Origin: Raillietiella orientalis
Lineage: Eukaryota
Assembly (NCBI GenBank): GCA_036172245.1
Contig: JAYWIR010000002.1
Location: 3,968,001 to 4,032,000, forward strand
DNA: 64,000 bases
Direction of reading: 5' to 3'
A program made the position numbers and the translations under genes. The notes beneath the pieces are model-generated. The model searched no databases. It worked only from the letters and a program-made list of their open reading frames with translations, and was not told the DNA's origin. Below, piece after piece: positions 61,226 to 64,000 of this stretch (position 1 is the first letter of the stretch; each line of letters begins with the position of its first letter).

Positions 61226-64000
61226 CATAGCACTAACACTTTATATTAGCAAGTAATGACTTTCCTGTGTCCACAGTTTATATCAAGGAAACTATAAAAA
61301 ATATACACATACATCCCGAACTCTGGACAGTCTTAAAAATTATTTGGAATACATTCCCACTTCACCAAAAGTTTAACGTACTCACCACCCACCTCGTGCA
61401 CAGACACGAGACTACGGCTCACAACGGATATGCAATATGCAAGCAGGGCTTCCTATGCGAATTTCAGTTTGAGTGAGTTTTTTTTTTCTTTTAGAGAAGT
61501 AATCCAACATCAATAGTTAAGCCCACTGATAGTTCACCAAAATGCCAATTTTGGAGAGAGCAGTTTAACAAAGTGGTTCAAAAAACAAAGTCATTGCACT
61601 CCTCCCAAATTCATTCTTTTTCTTAATTTGATAATACCAAAAGGAAGAGGGAATAAAACACAGGCAAAAACACACAAATAAGAAAAAACACACACACATA
61701 TTTCAGTTCATATAAATCCAGAGGATAATTACAAAACTTGTAGCAATTAGGGTAGTGTGCTTCTTTGAAAACCATTTTGTGCATCATGATCCTACAAACA
61801 AGAATATGAAATTGTAAATTACTCATTGTTTTCAACTGAAGAGCATTTTTATTTATGATAAAGTTCAACTTGTAACTCCTAAGGGAACAATCCTAATATA
61901 CTGAAGAGTATCTCTAATGCTCATCCAGTAAGACATCTACTTGATTACTCTGAAATGAGCAGCCGAAGATAAAATCTAATGTGATTCACATTATTGAAAT
62001 ATACAATTGATAACTTCAAATACATTTCAAGTATTAGGTGTTTAGAACTTTTCAAATTATTTATTAGAAGTAGTATTTCTAAACTGGTTCATCCATTTTG
62101 AAATGATCACAAAGGAAAAAGCAAAACATCTAATCCAAGAAACTGCAGTAATCGAATCCTCTATCTGAAATACTGACATTGTATGTGTAGAATACTGGAA
62201 AATCAAAAAAAAAAGAAACATTAAATGCAGTTAATCTATTACAACTTCTTTATGCTGGTATAGCAATCGTGAAATAACTTCTGCATTTTACAATGTTAAT
62301 TTGATTTACTATTGAAACGTTCCCCATAACAAAATTAATGAGTACAAAATACAGTTGTTAGTAATGTTTTATTTCACATCTTTTGTAAAGATATATAACA
62401 AAAATAAAATGTTACCTCTGTAAAGAAAATCCGCGTTAATTTTATATTTATTTATACCTTTCTTATTATTGGAAAAGAAGTGCAGGATGACATTTGAAAA
62501 TGACTATCTTCTAAGCTGGTTTTTGGTGAATATAAGAGCATTTTTGTTTATAGTGATATAAGGAGTCGTTCTTATAATCACTCTAATTTTGCATCAAGGT
62601 AAAGTGAATTTTGTAATCGCAACTAGGTAGACCTAAAATGCAGATAATGTTGAAAATCATTACATAGAGTGGTCAGCAAGCAAAGAGTGCAGTGCAAATT
62701 TCCTGGGTGATGAAAAACTTCCTGAGATAAAATTTCCAACCGATAGAAATCATCAGTTCAATAATACAGGTGAAATAAAATCACTTAGGTGAAGACATTC
62801 TACTTCGGATTGATGGGTCTGAATGTCAGTAGATAATCAGTTCTATGAATACACCGTAGAATTATCGGTGCACTTCACGTGAGCCATTCATTTCTGCATT
62901 AGAATAAGTATCATTGGAGTGCTGTCGAGAACATTCCATTCAAACCTCAGATAGTAAGTGCAGTAAGTCTCCTATATTGTTGTGGGAAATTTAAGTTATG
63001 CTGTCGTGAAAAATACTATCGCTAAAATCAAGTAGTGCTGCACAGCGGCTAGAAATGCTATGGCTAAGGAACGGATTGTGAAGTTTGCCGTCGTGGTTTT
63101 TACAGCTGGATGGGTAACGTCATGTGCTTTCTGAGAATGGCTTGTGTTCACTTAAACCTTTGAAATCGACAGGCGGAATTGGGACGTGCATTATGTGTAA
63201 GCCAGTGTTAGCTATTAAGAACTGAAACTGATGTAAGCATTTGTTAGTCTTTGCTTTCGTTAATGAGTTGCAAATTCACCCGGTGATACCTTCATGTTCA
63301 TCTTCTAATAATTTTATGGCACATTAGCAGGGTTTGGAAAAATGCATGCATGTTCACCAGTGCACGCTGCAGCAGGTAGTAACAGCTGGTGGGGTGAATT
63401 TATGTGGCTTGAGCATCGTAAAGTGTACATCCCATACGAATGTATCATGTGCACATGTATAAACAAATTTATAAATTAGAACCCAATGGCATATTTTTGA
63501 GCAGCAGTGGGCAGTTTCCTGGATCCTTTATTTCGAGCAGGTTTATGCTACACAGCCACAATAGTAAACTGGTGCCCCCGACACTGAGAAAGGTGTTGCG
63601 ACTGGGTGTCTCTTGAGCTCATAAAACTAATTTTTTCCATTCATAAAGTCCAGTTGTCCCCAGTCCGATAAGCGGAGGGGTATTCGTTAAGTCCAAAGTC
63701 ATTCTCTGAGGTTCTGGGTTTATATTCTTGAGTTGACGAATTAAGGGCATGTTCAAAGATGTTCAGTTTCGTGAGATTTTTACTCTTGCACTCTTTCATA
63801 ATTGACTTTTATTGATGCAGTTGTGTACTGAATTACTGTTTCAGCTGCAAAATACTTTGCAAGGTAACTGCTACATCTGGTCCCCTATTGCACTTCAGCA
63901 ATGAAAATTTGCCCAGTGATAAAGTTATTAACTAAAGGTGATAGGAGACATGGCAACATTTATATTTTCTTATATGTTCACCTTAAGAATACTTTCAACT

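Noticed and set aside
63050-63210. Mariner-like HNARP / LPHPA hints on the minus strand
   Set aside because: Two short frameshifted matches with no YSPDL motif or terminal repeats; too weak to call.
1-64000. CRISPR arrays, prokaryotic operons, functional tRNA/rRNA genes or an altered genetic code
   Set aside because: No repeat-spacer arrays; rRNA/tRNA-like sequence is confined to the decayed NUMT; all genes translate with the standard code once introns are removed.

Overview
Eukaryotic (animal) nuclear DNA with many very short spliceosomal introns (about 40-55 nt) and TTTCAG-like acceptors just upstream of start codons. It is most likely a Clade I (Dorylaimia, Trichinellida-like) nematode; this is inferred from the gene order of an embedded mitochondrial fossil, the tiny introns, a retained U12-type intron and gene-body CpG depletion. 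Genes reconstructed by hand: a coiled-coil/PDZ protein (+, 4.0-12.3 kb), POLR1C/RPC40 (+), two inverted kinesin-4 paralogues (- at 20-24 kb, + at 53.9-57.8 kb), Mondo/MLXIP (+, with a 10.2-kb intron), AIP (-) and LYAR (-). Between the kinesins lies a decayed PIF/Harbinger transposon whose transposase is split by a composite, inverted ~3.5-kb NUMT (cob-trnS1-rrnS-trnV-rrnL-atp6). Other fossils look like THAP, R4-like and RTE-like elements. Most notable: a 45-nt U12-type (minor spliceosome) intron in Mondo; Mondo and AIP stop codons only 14 nt apart; a 5'-to-3' identity gradient between the inverted kinesin copies; three GC-AG introns; and an 80-nt hairpin in the Mondo intron. Most long ORFs in the GC-rich blocks are spurious. 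Everything was read by eye with no searches; fossil boundaries are approximate, and I found no clearly new multi-gene system.
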